A DNA stretch of 64,000 nt, from assembly GCA_050010115.1 (NCBI GenBank), contig JBEKLQ010000003.1, positions 20,907 to 84,906 of the forward strand, read 5' to 3'. The position numbers and the translations under genes were made by a program. The notes under the pieces were generated by a model, which did not search any database, was not told the origin of the DNA, and worked only from the letters and a program-made list of their open reading frames with translations. The stretch's first letter is position 1. The number at the start of each line of letters is the position of its first letter. Below are positions 31,195 to 41,248 of this stretch, in pieces. The stretch comes from Acidimicrobiales bacterium (GTDB taxonomy: Bacteria; Actinomycetota; Acidimicrobiia; Acidimicrobiales; Bog-793).

Positions 31195-32331
31195 CTATTG
31201 AGTCCTCTCCTCGGGCCGGGGGTTGCCGAAGAATGGTCCGACGCGCTCGCCTCGCGCCAACCGGGTCCCCGGCTCGAGGACCGAGAACGCTTCGACGACG
31301 GCGTGGTCCTCGATGACGGCGCGCTCGGCCACCGTGTGGGTGAGCCGGACGCCTTCGCCGACCTCGCAGTCGATGAGGTGGCATCCCGGTCCGATCAGCG
31401 AGCCCTCGCCGATCGTCGTGCGGCCTTCGAGCACGACGCCGGGCATCAAGGTCACGTCCGGCCCGAGCTGGACCGTCATGTCGAGGTAGGTCGCTTCCGC
31501 GTCCCACATCGTCACGCCCCGTCGCATCCAGCGCTCGTTGATGCGGGCTCGCACCTCGGACTCCGCCGCCGCCAGTTGTGCCCGGTCGTTCACGCCGGCC
31601 GCTTCCATGGGGTCGCCGGCCACCACGGTCGTCACGGTGTAACCCGCACCGTGGAGCACCTCGATGGTGTCGGTGAGGAAGTACTCACCCAGCGAATTGT
31701 CGGGCGAGAGCCGCCGTAGCGCTGGGGCGAGCACCCCACGACGGAAGCAGTAGATCTGCGAGGCGACCTCGTCGATGTCCAGCTCGGACGGCGTGCAGTC
31801 GGCGTCGTCGACGATGCGCGACACCCGCCCGTCCTTGGAGCGCACGACCCGCGAGTAGCCGAACGGGTCCTCGAGCTTGGCCGTGAGCACCGTGGCGGCC
31901 GCGTCGAGGGCCCGGTGCTCCCGGATGAGGTGCGCCAGCGTCGCCCGGCGCACGAGCGGCGTGTCGCCGGGAAGGATCACGAGGTCACCCTCGTCGGCGT
32001 CGGTGGTGAACGCATCAGGAAACCCAGGCAGCGCCACCGCCACGGCATCCCCGGTTCCCCTCGGCTCCAGCTGCTCGACGAATTCGAGCGTCAGGTCACC
32101 GGGTGCCTCGTTCTGGATCGTCTTCACGACCTCGTTCGCACCGTGGCCTACGACCACCACGACGCGGTCGACTGGTAGCTCCGAGAGTGCGTCGAGCACG
32201 TGGAGCACCATGGGCCGCCCGCACAGCCGGTGAAGGGGCTTCGGGGTTCCCGATCTCATCCGGGTGCCCTCACCCGCGGCTAGTACGACGGCGAACAACG
32301 GCCGACGATTCGGCCCTGCATCGAGTGCCAC
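31195..32331 (-). CDS. glmU: GlmU-like sugar-1-phosphate uridylyltransferase with a shortened left-handed beta-helix (acetyltransferase catalytic half absent)
   Basis: 378 aa. Contains AVVLAAGEGTRMRSGTPKPLHRLCGRPMV and EQLEPRGTGDAV. The LbH repeats end at ...GPFFGNPRPEERTQ*, and the stop abuts the prs ATG with no spacer. Confidence 0.8.
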   Translation of the reverse strand: MALDAGPNRRPLFAVVLAAGEGTRMRSGTPKPLHRLCGRPMVLHVLDALSELPVDRVVVVVGHGANEVVKTIQNEAPGDLTLEFVEQLEPRGTGDAVAVALPGFPDAFTTDADEGDLVILPGDTPLVRRATLAHLIREHRALDAAATVLTAKLEDPFGYSRVVRSKDGRVSRIVDDADCTPSELDIDEVASQIYCFRRGVLAPALRRLSPDNSLGEYFLTDTIEVLHGAGYTVTTVVAGDPMEAAGVNDRAQLAAAESEVRARINERWMRRGVTMWDAEATYLDMTVQLGPDVTLMPGVVLEGRTTIGEGSLIGPGCHLIDCEVGEGVRLTHTVAERAVIEDHAVVEAFSVLEPGTRLARGERVGPFFGNPRPEERTQ

Positions 32332-32403
32332 GCCTGCACCTCCTCACCCGAGACGCCGGACGTGTCCGACCATAGCGGCGGGTCACGGTCTTCGCTCGCC
32401 ACA

Positions 32404-32426
32404 TGGATACCTGGATACCTGGATAG
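32404..32426 (+). repeat. 8-bp direct repeat TGGATACC x2.9 immediately upstream of the acyl-CoA dehydrogenase start
   Basis: Read directly: TGGATACC TGGATACC TGGATAG, ending 10 nt before ATG 32437. Confidence 0.9.
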
Positions 32427-32436
32427 TCTCGGCCCG

Positions 32437-33585
32437 ATGGACTTCCGCCGTTCCCCCGAGCAGGAGCTGCTGGCCGAGGCCGTGTCGGGCATCGCCGGCT
32501 CCTTCGGGCACTCCTACTTCCAGCGCAAGACCCGCGAAGGGGGCAAGCAGGAGGAGTTGTGGGCCGAGTTGGGGCGGGGTGGGTTCCTCGGGGTGCATCT
32601 CCCGGAGGCCTACGGCGGTGGCGGCATGGGGATCTCGGAGCTCACGATCGTCTGCGAGGAGGTTGCCGCTGCGGGCTGCCCGTTGCTGCTCATCCTGGTG
32701 TCGCCGGCGATCTGCGCCACCCTCGTCGCCACGTTCGGGACCGACGCCCAGAAACAGCGGTGGCTCCCGCCGATGGCGACCGGAGAGTCGAAGATGGCCT
32801 TCGCCATCACCGAGCCCGATGCCGGGTCGAACTCGCACCGCATCTCCACGACGGCGCAGCGCGACGGCGACGAGTGGCGGTTGAACGGGACGAAGTACTA
32901 CATCTCCGGCGTCGACGAGGCCGATGCCGTGATCGTCGTGGCGCGCACCGGTACCCACGAGGGCCGGGCGCAGCTGTCGCTGTTCATCGTCGACACCGAC
33001 GCCAAGGGACTCGAGGCCACGCACATCCCAGTCGAGATCGCCGCGCCGGAGAAACAATTCACGCTGTTCTTCGACGACTGCCTCATCGACGCGGACCGGC
33101 TGCTCGGCACCGAGGGCGACGGGTTGCACCAGGTGTTCGCCGGGCTGAACCCCGAGCGCCTCATGGGGGGCGCCGTCTCGTGCGGGATCGGCCGCTACGC
33201 GTTGGACCGGGCGGCGACCTACGCGCGCGAGCGGACGGTCTGGGATCGGCCGATCGGGACCCATCAAGGGGTGGCACACCCGCTTGCCAAGGCGAAGATC
33301 GACCTTGAGCTCGCCCGGCTGATGCTCGCCAAGGCGGCGTGGTGCTATGACGCAGGGCTCCCCGCTGGCGAGGCGGCGAACATGGCGAAGTTCGCGGCGG
33401 CTGAGGCGTCACTCGAGGCGCTCGACGCCGCCATTCAGACCCACGGCGGCAACGGGCTCGCCTCCGAGTACGGCCTGGCCGACCTCTGGGGGACCGCCCG
33501 GCTGCTCCGGACCGCGCCGGTCAGCCGGGAGATGATCCTCAACTTCGTGGCCCAGCATTCGCTCGGCCTGCCGAAGTCGTACTGA
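32437..33585 (+). CDS. Acyl-CoA dehydrogenase
   Basis: Starts at ATG 32437 (codon 26 of the track ORF). Contains MDFRRSPEQELL..., FAITEPDAGSNS and QTHGGNGLASEYGLADLW. Confidence 0.9.
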   Translation: MDFRRSPEQELLAEAVSGIAGSFGHSYFQRKTREGGKQEELWAELGRGGFLGVHLPEAYGGGGMGISELTIVCEEVAAAGCPLLLILVSPAICATLVATFGTDAQKQRWLPPMATGESKMAFAITEPDAGSNSHRISTTAQRDGDEWRLNGTKYYISGVDEADAVIVVARTGTHEGRAQLSLFIVDTDAKGLEATHIPVEIAAPEKQFTLFFDDCLIDADRLLGTEGDGLHQVFAGLNPERLMGGAVSCGIGRYALDRAATYARERTVWDRPIGTHQGVAHPLAKAKIDLELARLMLAKAAWCYDAGLPAGEAANMAKFAAAEASLEALDAAIQTHGGNGLASEYGLADLWGTARLLRTAPVSREMILNFVAQHSLGLPKSY

Positions 33586-33625
33586 GAGGCGTGCGTGAAG
33601 CGGTCGTGACGAAGGGGCGTGGCTG

Positions 33626-35041
33626 ATGGACGGGTTGTTGGGAGCTGCCGATCGTCTGTTCGAACAAGACGCCGTGGCGGTCCTGGAGGAGTACATCGCC
33701 ATACCCTGCCTGTCGCCGGACTTCGACGCAGAGTGGGCAGGGCACGGTCACATCTCGCGTGCCGCGGACTTGCTGCTCGGCTGGGTGCGGTCCCGCCCGT
33801 TACCGGGCCTCGAGGCCGAGCGATTGCAGCTGCCGGGACTGACGCCGGTCATCGTGGCCGAAGTGCCCGCCACACCGGGGTACGCCGGTGCGGGCTCTTC
33901 GGGCGGGCCGGCGCTGCTCTACGGCCACTTGGACAAGCAGCCTCCGCTCGGTGCGTGGCGCGACGGGCTCGACCCGTTCGTACCGGTTCGCGAAGGGGAC
34001 CACCTCTACGGGCGCGGCGCGGCCGATGACGGTTACTCCGTGTTCGCCGCCCTGGGCGCGTTGCAGATCATGCACGAGGCCGGCATCGACCACGGCCGGT
34101 GCATCGTGTTGATCGAGGCGTCAGAGGAGAGCGGGAGCCCGCATCTTCCGGCCTACCTCGACGCGCTGTCCGAGCGGCTCGGACCGGCCGGACCGTCCGT
34201 GGTCGTCTGCCTCGACTCGGGCTCCCTCACCTACGACCGGCTCTGGGTCACCACCTCGCTCCGCGGGCTGCTGACAGCGGAGATCCGAGTGGACGTGCTC
34301 ACCGACGGCGTGCACAGCGGCTCCGCCGGCGGCGTGGTGCCATCGTCGTTCCGCATCCTGCGCCACCTGCTCTCGAGGATCGAGGACGCCGACACTGGCG
34401 CGATCCTCCTCGAGGAGTGCAACGCGGAGGTGCCCGAGGTACGTCGCCGTGAGGCTACAGCGCTCGTCGAGGCACTCGGCGAGGGTGCCGTCGACGGGTT
34501 CCCGACCGTGCCGGGGCTGCGCCTGGGTGGTGACAGCGCCGTCGACCGCGTGCTCGCGCGGACGTGGGCGCCGTCGCTCGCGTTAGTGGGTATGGACGGC
34601 ATCCCACCGGTCGGCGACGCAGGCAACGTGCTCAGGCCGTTCACTACCTGCAAGATCGCGATGCGGCTGCCGCCGAGCGCCGATGCAGGGTTGGCTGCCG
34701 CCCGGGTTGGGGAGATCCTGCATGCCGACCCGCCGAGCGGGGCGAGGGTAACGGTGGAGGCGGAGGGGGCGAGGGGTTTCGATTCGCCGCCGATGGCGGA
34801 GTGGCTCGCGCAGGCCGCTGCTGATGCGTCGGTGGCGTACTTCGGCCAGCCGGCCGGCGCCATGGGCGAGGGTGGCACCATCCCGTTCCTGAGCGCGCTG
34901 CAGGAGAAATACCCGGCGGCTCAGTTCCTCGTAACCGGTGTGCTCGGGCCGGGGTCGAACGCCCACGGCCCGAACGAAATGCTGCACCTACCGACCGCCA
35001 AGCGGCTGACGGCGTCAGTCGCCCACGTCCTCGGCGCCTGA
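33626..35041 (+). CDS. M20-family metallopeptidase/dipeptidase
   Basis: 471 aa. Contains YGHLDKQPP, YGRGAADDGYS and LIEASEESGSPHL metal-ligand blocks. Confidence 0.85.
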   Translation: MDGLLGAADRLFEQDAVAVLEEYIAIPCLSPDFDAEWAGHGHISRAADLLLGWVRSRPLPGLEAERLQLPGLTPVIVAEVPATPGYAGAGSSGGPALLYGHLDKQPPLGAWRDGLDPFVPVREGDHLYGRGAADDGYSVFAALGALQIMHEAGIDHGRCIVLIEASEESGSPHLPAYLDALSERLGPAGPSVVVCLDSGSLTYDRLWVTTSLRGLLTAEIRVDVLTDGVHSGSAGGVVPSSFRILRHLLSRIEDADTGAILLEECNAEVPEVRRREATALVEALGEGAVDGFPTVPGLRLGGDSAVDRVLARTWAPSLALVGMDGIPPVGDAGNVLRPFTTCKIAMRLPPSADAGLAAARVGEILHADPPSGARVTVEAEGARGFDSPPMAEWLAQAAADASVAYFGQPAGAMGEGGTIPFLSALQEKYPAAQFLVTGVLGPGSNAHGPNEMLHLPTAKRLTASVAHVLGA

Positions 35042-35044
35042 GGG

Positions 35045-35659
35045 TTAGTCGAAGATCGGCTCGCGGGTCCTGGTGCGCTTGAGCTCGAAGAATCCGTCCG
35101 TCCCTGCCACCAGCACTACTCCGTCCCAGAGTTTGCCGGCAGCCTCGCCGCGGGGGATCGGGGAGACGACCGGGCCGAAGAACGCCACGCCTTCGACGTG
35201 GATCACGGGCGTGCCGACCTCATAGCCGACCGCGTCCATACCCTCGTGGTGTGACTTCTTGATGGCGTCGTCATAGTCGGTACTGGTGGCCGCGTCGATG
35301 AGCTCAGGTGGGAGGCCGCATTCGTCGAGGGCCTCGGTGATCGACGAGAGCTCCCTGCGGTGCTCGTTGTGAAAACGCGTCCCGATCGCCGTGTACAGCG
35401 GCAGCAGCACCTCTTCACCGTGCTGCTGGGCCGCAGCCATGCAGACCCGAACCGGGCCCCAGGCCTGCTCGAGGAACTTCCGGTAGTCCTCGGGGATGTC
35501 CTTGTCGGAGTTCAGGTAGACGAGCGACATGATGTGCCAGCGGGCACGGATGGAGCGGACCTTCTCGACTTCGAGGACCCACCTCGAGGCGATCCAAGCC
35601 CACGGGCACATTGGGTCGAACCAGAAGTCGATCGGGGTTGGTTCCGCGTCGGTGGTCAC
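35045..35659 (-). CDS. DsbA-fold oxidoreductase, Rv2466c-like, monothiol CPWA variant
   Basis: Starts at GTG 35659, preceded by AAGGAG. It is collinear with my recollection of the Rv2466c family: [17 protein letters not shown]...[32 protein letters not shown]...FFELKRTRT. The second Cys of the CPWC motif is Ala here. Confidence 0.8.
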   Translation of the reverse strand: MTTDAEPTPIDFWFDPMCPWAWIASRWVLEVEKVRSIRARWHIMSLVYLNSDKDIPEDYRKFLEQAWGPVRVCMAAAQQHGEEVLLPLYTAIGTRFHNEHRRELSSITEALDECGLPPELIDAATSTDYDDAIKKSHHEGMDAVGYEVGTPVIHVEGVAFFGPVVSPIPRGEAAGKLWDGVVLVAGTDGFFELKRTRTREPIFD

Positions 35660-35920
35660 GGTGTGTCTCCTTCTCGTCTCAGGGTTCCTGACTAGCCGGA
35701 GTCTTACCGGGAGATCCGTGCGCGACCGGCCGCGCCCGTGTTCGGGTGAGTCCGCTCGGGTGACGTCGCTCCGGTGAGGTCGCTCGGTACGGTGGGCGGG
35801 AGGCGGCGGCCGTGCGGGCGGTGGTGCCCCGGCAGCGTGCGGGGGCGGAAGTAGGGTTTCCGGCGTGGAGCCGAGCGGACCGATCCTGCGTTCCGGCGCG
35901 TCCACGAGGACGTCCGAACG

Positions 35921-37612
35921 GTGACCACGACCACGAGCGTCGTAGCGGAGACGGCAGCCTCGCCGACCCGTCACCGCAGTGGCGCCGGACATAAGGCAGC
36001 GCTGGTGCTGGCGGCCGTGCTGGGGGTCGTCGGCCTCATCTTCTGGCTGTACGCCGCTTCGATCCACGCGAACCAGGGCGACTCGGACGGCGCGTCCGTA
36101 GTGCTGGAAGGGCAGGCGATCATCCACGGTCACCTGCTCCTGCACGGGTGGGCGCTGTCGCTCGACTCCTTCTGGACCGTGGACGCGCTCGTCTACGCGG
36201 TCCTCGTCGCCATCGCCGGACTACGGCCGGGCCTGCTGTACGCCGGCCCGGCGCTCATAGCCACCGCCGTGATCATTGTCGGCATCCTCATGGCCCGGGA
36301 GAACCGCCGGGGTGCGGCAGCCATCGCTGGCGGCTTCGCCGTCGTCGCCTTGCTGGCCTTCCCGACGCATTCGATGGCTTCGTTCTTCCTCCGGGGGCCT
36401 CTTCATGTGACCACGGCGCTGTGGGCGCTCATCGCATTCTGGGCGATACGGCGCGGGCGTTTCGGGCTCGGATGGGCCATCGCCGTGCTCATGCTCGTCA
36501 TGGGGGTGCTCGGCGACCTGCAGATGGTGGCCTACGGCGTGGCCCCGCTCGCCGCGGCAGGTCTCGTCGCCATGCTCCGGCAACGCGCATGGCGCGGTGG
36601 CATCGCCCAGCTGAGCGCGGCGGTGGCCGGGGGAGCGCTCGGAGAGATCGGGCAGAAGGTGGCCAAGGCCCTGGGTGGCTTCACGATCGGAGCCGCCAAT
36701 CCGATCGCCAGCGTTCATCAGATGCCCGAGAACGCGAAGCACGTCGTGACCTTCGGGCTCGACCTCATCGGCGCCCGGACTGTCCGCCTTGTCCCTGGCG
36801 GGAACCCGCTCCTCGGCACCGGCGGTCCCCCACCCTGGTTGCAGGACGCGCACATCCTCGCAGCCGCGGTGATGCTGGCGGCGTTCCTGGCGGCACTCGT
36901 GTCGCTGCTCGGCGGCGTGATCACCGGTGGGCAGCGTGCAGCAGCCGGTGTGGTGTTCGCAGCGGATCCTGACGCCGAGCGCTGGCGGCTCAACGACATG
37001 TTGCTGATCGCGACGTTTGCACCACCGGTGGCGTACGTCGTGTTGGCTCTCACGAACGACCCCGAGTACACGAGGTACCTCACGGCGGCGGTGATCTTCG
37101 CGTCCATCCTCACCGGCCGGATCGTCGCTCAGTACTGGCACAAGCTGAGTGCAACTTGGCTGGCTCGCACCGTTGCGGCCGTGGCGGTGGCGGCCACGAT
37201 GTGCTTCGCGGCGGCCACCGGATACACGCTCGATCAGCCCGATCCTGGGCAACCCGCCGCGCAGCTGGTCGCTTGGCTGGGCACCCACCACCTCGACGAG
37301 GGCGTCGGCGACTACTGGAGCGCCAGCATCTCGACCGTCGAAAGCAGGGGACAGGTCACGATCCGACCGGTGGTCTCCGGCACCAAGGGAACACTTCGCC
37401 GTTACCTGAAGGAATCAGACGAGAGCTGGTACGCCGGCCAGCGCTTCCAGTTCTTCGTGTACAACACCGTCCTCCCTTGGGGCTACGACAACACCATCTC
37501 GGCGACCAAGACGTGGGGACCCCCGGAGCACACCTATGCAGTCGGGACATTCCGCGTCCTCGTGTGGCCCAAGCCTCTGATCCTCAAACCCAACCCGCCG
37601 GCAACCAGCTGA
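35921..37612 (+). CDS. Polytopic membrane protein with C-terminal extracytoplasmic domain (possible GT-C-type glycosyltransferase)
   Basis: 563 aa with at least 10 hydrophobic segments. The first loop contains acidic GDSDGAS. The last ~170 aa form a soluble domain. No family is firmly recognised. Confidence 0.6.
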   Translation: MTTTTSVVAETAASPTRHRSGAGHKAALVLAAVLGVVGLIFWLYAASIHANQGDSDGASVVLEGQAIIHGHLLLHGWALSLDSFWTVDALVYAVLVAIAGLRPGLLYAGPALIATAVIIVGILMARENRRGAAAIAGGFAVVALLAFPTHSMASFFLRGPLHVTTALWALIAFWAIRRGRFGLGWAIAVLMLVMGVLGDLQMVAYGVAPLAAAGLVAMLRQRAWRGGIAQLSAAVAGGALGEIGQKVAKALGGFTIGAANPIASVHQMPENAKHVVTFGLDLIGARTVRLVPGGNPLLGTGGPPPWLQDAHILAAAVMLAAFLAALVSLLGGVITGGQRAAAGVVFAADPDAERWRLNDMLLIATFAPPVAYVVLALTNDPEYTRYLTAAVIFASILTGRIVAQYWHKLSATWLARTVAAVAVAATMCFAAATGYTLDQPDPGQPAAQLVAWLGTHHLDEGVGDYWSASISTVESRGQVTIRPVVSGTKGTLRRYLKESDESWYAGQRFQFFVYNTVLPWGYDNTISATKTWGPPEHTYAVGTFRVLVWPKPLILKPNPPATS

Positions 37613-37647
37613 CCGCGCGCACCGGGGTGGTTCGCCGTGGTCAGGGT

Positions 37648-37673
37648 CCCGCCCGGCGACCCCGCCCGGCGAC
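37648..37673. repeat. 13-bp perfect tandem duplication CCCGCCCGGCGAC x2
   Basis: Read directly in the 68-bp gap between convergent genes. Confidence 0.9.
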
Positions 37674-37680
37674 AGACCCG

Positions 37681-39066
37681 TTACGCCGTCCCCAACAACC
37701 GGAGCGGCTGCTCGACACAGTCGGCCACGAACCGCAGAAACCCCCCGGCCGTCCCCCCATCGCACACCCGGTGGTCGAACGCCAGGGTCAGCTCAGTGAC
37801 CGGTCTCGCGCGCACCGTCCCGTCGACGACCCAGGGGCGCTCCATGATGCGGCCGATCCCGACGATCGCCACTTCCGGGTGGTTGATGATCGCCGCCGAC
37901 CCATCGACGCCGAACACGCCGTAGTTGTTCACGGTGAACGAGCCGCCGGTGACCTCCGCGGTGGTCAGGGTGCCTTGCCTGGCGGCGGCGGCAAGGCGGC
38001 GGATCTCCGCGTCCAGCTCCAGCAACGTGAGCTGCTCGGCGTTCCGGGCGACGGGTACCAGGAGGCCTCGCTCGGTCTGGGCGGCGAAGCCCAGGTTGAC
38101 CGCCCGGCTGACAACGATCTCGTCGCCTTCGATCTTGCTGTTGAGGATGGGAAAGCGCTCGAGACCGAGCACGCAGATACGCGCCAGCAAGCTGGTCACT
38201 CCGACTCCGACGGCTCGTCCCGGGTTGGCGGCGTCGATGGCGTCACGCGCCTGCGCGAGCCCAGTCGCATCGACATCGACCCATACAGTCGCCTCCGGGA
38301 TCTCCCGCCGTGAACGTGACAGTCGCTCTGCCATCTGACGGTGCAGGCCGCGGATCGGGATGCGCTCGACCGGTCCGATGCTCGGGGACGCGGCCGCGCT
38401 CGCTGCTGAGGTGGCGACGCTCGCAGGCGTGCGGGCGCGCTCCACGTCGGCGCGCACGATCACACCGTCAGGACCGGAGCCCTGTATCGACGCCAGATCG
38501 ACGCCGAGCTCGCGGGCGAGCCGTCGCACGACGGGTGACAAGACGGCGGGACGCGGACGAACGCCGGATCCGGACGGAGCATCAGCGACGCCGTCGAGAG
38601 CTGCGCCGGTGACCGCAGTCGCGGCACTGTCGAACGCTGCGCCGGACGGAGCACGATGGTGGTGCCGGCGACGCTCCGGCCTCGTCCCGTACCCGACGAG
38701 GACGCTCCCCGACGAGCCTCCCGAGCTCCCGCCACTCGGAGCGACAACCTCAGCCGTAGCCGCAACAGGGCCTCCGATGGCGGAGGCAACGACTCCACCC
38801 GCCGCCTCACCCGGGGACTCAACCGAAGCTTCCTCGATCGACAGCAGCGCCGAACCGACGTCAGCGACCTCACCTTCGGCATGGTGCAACGCGGTCACGG
38901 TCCCGCCATAGGGGCACGGAAGCTCGACGCTCGCCTTTGCGGTGACGACTTCCACGACCGGCTGGTCGATCTCGACAACGTCACCGACCGCCACCAGCCA
39001 GTGCGCGATCTCGGCATCAGTCAAGCCCTCGCCGAGGTCTGGGAGCTTGAACTCCTTGACCGTCAT
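37681..39066 (-). CDS. Dihydrolipoamide acyltransferase (E2) of a 2-oxoacid dehydrogenase complex, probably branched-chain
   Basis: Starts at ATG 39066 (ATGA overlap with the E1beta stop). Lipoyl domain MTVKEFKLPDLGEGLTDAEI...VVTAKASVELP. A Pro/Ala/Ser linker follows, then the catalytic AFDHRVCDGG motif. Confidence 0.92.
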   Translation of the reverse strand: MTVKEFKLPDLGEGLTDAEIAHWLVAVGDVVEIDQPVVEVVTAKASVELPCPYGGTVTALHHAEGEVADVGSALLSIEEASVESPGEAAGGVVASAIGGPVAATAEVVAPSGGSSGGSSGSVLVGYGTRPERRRHHHRAPSGAAFDSAATAVTGAALDGVADAPSGSGVRPRPAVLSPVVRRLARELGVDLASIQGSGPDGVIVRADVERARTPASVATSAASAAASPSIGPVERIPIRGLHRQMAERLSRSRREIPEATVWVDVDATGLAQARDAIDAANPGRAVGVGVTSLLARICVLGLERFPILNSKIEGDEIVVSRAVNLGFAAQTERGLLVPVARNAEQLTLLELDAEIRRLAAAARQGTLTTAEVTGGSFTVNNYGVFGVDGSAAIINHPEVAIVGIGRIMERPWVVDGTVRARPVTELTLAFDHRVCDGGTAGGFLRFVADCVEQPLRLLGTA

Positions 39067-40094
39067 CGGCCCGCACGGCCGCCGGCAGAACCGGCACGCG
39101 AAGCGCCGACAACCACCGACGAGTCCTCCCACTGCAGCCGGGCCACGGCATCGAGGATGCGGTCGACATTCGGCAGGTGGTACTCCTCCAGCATCGGCGG
39201 CGGATACGGGACGTCCAGCCCGCCCACCCGCAGTATCGGCGCCTCCAGGTAGTGGAAGCACTCCTCGCTCAACCGAGCCGCCACTTCGGCGCCGTAGCCC
39301 CCGAAGGTGCTCGCCTCGTGGACGACCACCGCCCGGCCCGTCCGCCGGACCGACGCCGCCACGGTCTCGGTGTCGAACGGCGCCAAGCTCCGTAGATCCA
39401 CGACCTCGAGGTCGTAGCCCTCGTCCGCGCCAACAGCAGCCGCATCGAGAGCGGTGTCGATCATCGAGCCGTAGGCGATCACGGTGACATCGGTGCCGTG
39501 CCTCCGGATCACCGCAGACCGGCAGGCCTCCGTCCGAACGGGCAGATTCACTTCGGCCTTCGACCAGTAGCGGCGTTTTGGCTCGAGGAAGATCACGGGG
39601 TCCTCCAGCTCGATCGCCTCCCGCATCAGCGAGTACGCGTCGGCGACGGTCCCGGGGGTGAGGACCGTCAGGCCGGGTGTGTGGGTGTAGTAGGCCTCAC
39701 TCGAGTCCGAGTGGTGCTCGACGCCCCCGATACCGCCGCCGTAGGGGATCCGGATCACGAGGGGAAGGGTGAGCTGGCCGCGGGTGCGGTTTCTCATCTT
39801 GGCGACGTGGCTCGTGATCTGTTCGAAGGCCGGATAGGCGAAGGCGTCGAACTGCATCTCCACCACCGGTCGCAGTCCGTACATCGCCATACCGACTGCT
39901 GTACCGACGATCCCGCTCTCGGCGAGCGGGGTGTCGAAGCAGCGCTCCTCCCCGAACTCGGCGTTCAACCCGTCGGTCACGCGGAACACGCCACCTAGCC
40001 GACCGACATCCTCGCCGAAGACCACCACTCGCTCGTCGCTGGCCATCGCATCGTGCAGTGCCCGGTTGAGCGCTTCGCCCATCGTGACGGTCAT
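39063..40094 (-). CDS. 2-oxoacid dehydrogenase E1 component beta subunit
   Basis: 343 aa: MTVTMGEALNRALHDAMASDERVVVFGEDVG..., a transketolase-like pyrimidine-binding domain. Confidence 0.93.
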   Translation of the reverse strand: MTVTMGEALNRALHDAMASDERVVVFGEDVGRLGGVFRVTDGLNAEFGEERCFDTPLAESGIVGTAVGMAMYGLRPVVEMQFDAFAYPAFEQITSHVAKMRNRTRGQLTLPLVIRIPYGGGIGGVEHHSDSSEAYYTHTPGLTVLTPGTVADAYSLMREAIELEDPVIFLEPKRRYWSKAEVNLPVRTEACRSAVIRRHGTDVTVIAYGSMIDTALDAAAVGADEGYDLEVVDLRSLAPFDTETVAASVRRTGRAVVVHEASTFGGYGAEVAARLSEECFHYLEAPILRVGGLDVPYPPPMLEEYHLPNVDRILDAVARLQWEDSSVVVGASRAGSAGGRAGR

Positions 40095-41248
40095 GACGGC
40101 ACCTCCTCGGTCGAGGCAGTGGCCAGCTCCTCAGCCAGCCAGGCCGCCTCAGCCTTGAGCAACGGGGTCGGCTGCTCGTAGACGTGAGCGAACAGCCCTG
40201 CCGGGTCTGGGACCACATCGACGCTCATTGCGTCTCGGACGCTGCGGGCAAAGCGCTCAGCGGCCGCGGCGATCTCATCTCGGCGGGGCTGGTCGAGGAG
40301 CCCGTGATTCGTCAGGTAGGTCTCGAGCCGGATGAGGGGATCCCGCTCGATCCAGGATTCGGCCTCCTCCGGCGGACGATAGCGGGTGGCGTCGTCGGCA
40401 TTCGTATGGGCCTCCATGCGGTACGTCACTGCCTCGACCACCGCTGGGCCACCGCCATCACGCGCCTGGTCCATCAAACGAGCAACCATTGCCCGCACAG
40501 CGACGACGTCGTTGCCGTCCACCCGGTAGCCGGGAAGCCCGTAGCCGATCGCACGGTGTGCGAGCGTCGGCGATTTGGTCTGACGGGACAGCGGGACACT
40601 GATCGCGTACTGGTTGTTCTGGATGAAGAACACGACCGGCGCGTCGAAGACGGCGGCGAAGTTCATGGCGATGTTGGCGTCGCCCTCGCTGGTGGCCCCG
40701 TCGCCGAGGAACACCAGCACCGCGGTCGCTTCGTGAGCACGCCGAGCCGCCGTCGCCAGACCCACCGCGTGCAACGCCTGCGTCGCGAGCGGCGTGCACT
40801 GCGGGGCGGTCCGCCATTCTTTGGGGTCGTAGCCACAGTGCCACTCGCCGCGAAGCAACGAAAGCACCTCAACCGGCGGGATGCCGCGGGTCACGACCGC
40901 GACGGTGTCCCGGTACGTCGGGAACATCCAGTCCTCCGGGTGCAGCGCCAGGACGGCGCCCACCTGGCAAGCCTCTTGGCCCCCGGCTGACGGGTAGACG
41001 GCGAGACGGCCCTGGCGGGTGAGTGTCGTCGCCTGACGATCGAAGCGCCGCGCCGCCACCAGCCGCCGGTACAGGCCGACGAGCTCGCCCCCGTCTGGCA
41101 TCGTGAGCCCGAGCGCCATCGAGGGTGAGCCGTCCGGGTTGATGAGGCACGCGGGCTCTTCAAGTGGGACGAGATCGAGCATTCCGGCGGGGTGAGTTGC
41201 GAGAGTGGTCACCGACGCCTCCGTTTCGTGCCCTTCGTGCTCGGACAA
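40091..41248 (-). CDS. 2-oxoacid dehydrogenase E1 component alpha subunit (TPP-binding)
   Basis: 385 aa with the GDGATSEGDANIAMNFA TPP motif. The track start is TTG 41248, and an internal ATG at 41182 is an alternative. Confidence 0.9.
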   Translation of the reverse strand: MSEHEGHETEASVTTLATHPAGMLDLVPLEEPACLINPDGSPSMALGLTMPDGGELVGLYRRLVAARRFDRQATTLTRQGRLAVYPSAGGQEACQVGAVLALHPEDWMFPTYRDTVAVVTRGIPPVEVLSLLRGEWHCGYDPKEWRTAPQCTPLATQALHAVGLATAARRAHEATAVLVFLGDGATSEGDANIAMNFAAVFDAPVVFFIQNNQYAISVPLSRQTKSPTLAHRAIGYGLPGYRVDGNDVVAVRAMVARLMDQARDGGGPAVVEAVTYRMEAHTNADDATRYRPPEEAESWIERDPLIRLETYLTNHGLLDQPRRDEIAAAAERFARSVRDAMSVDVVPDPAGLFAHVYEQPTPLLKAEAAWLAEELATASTEEVPS

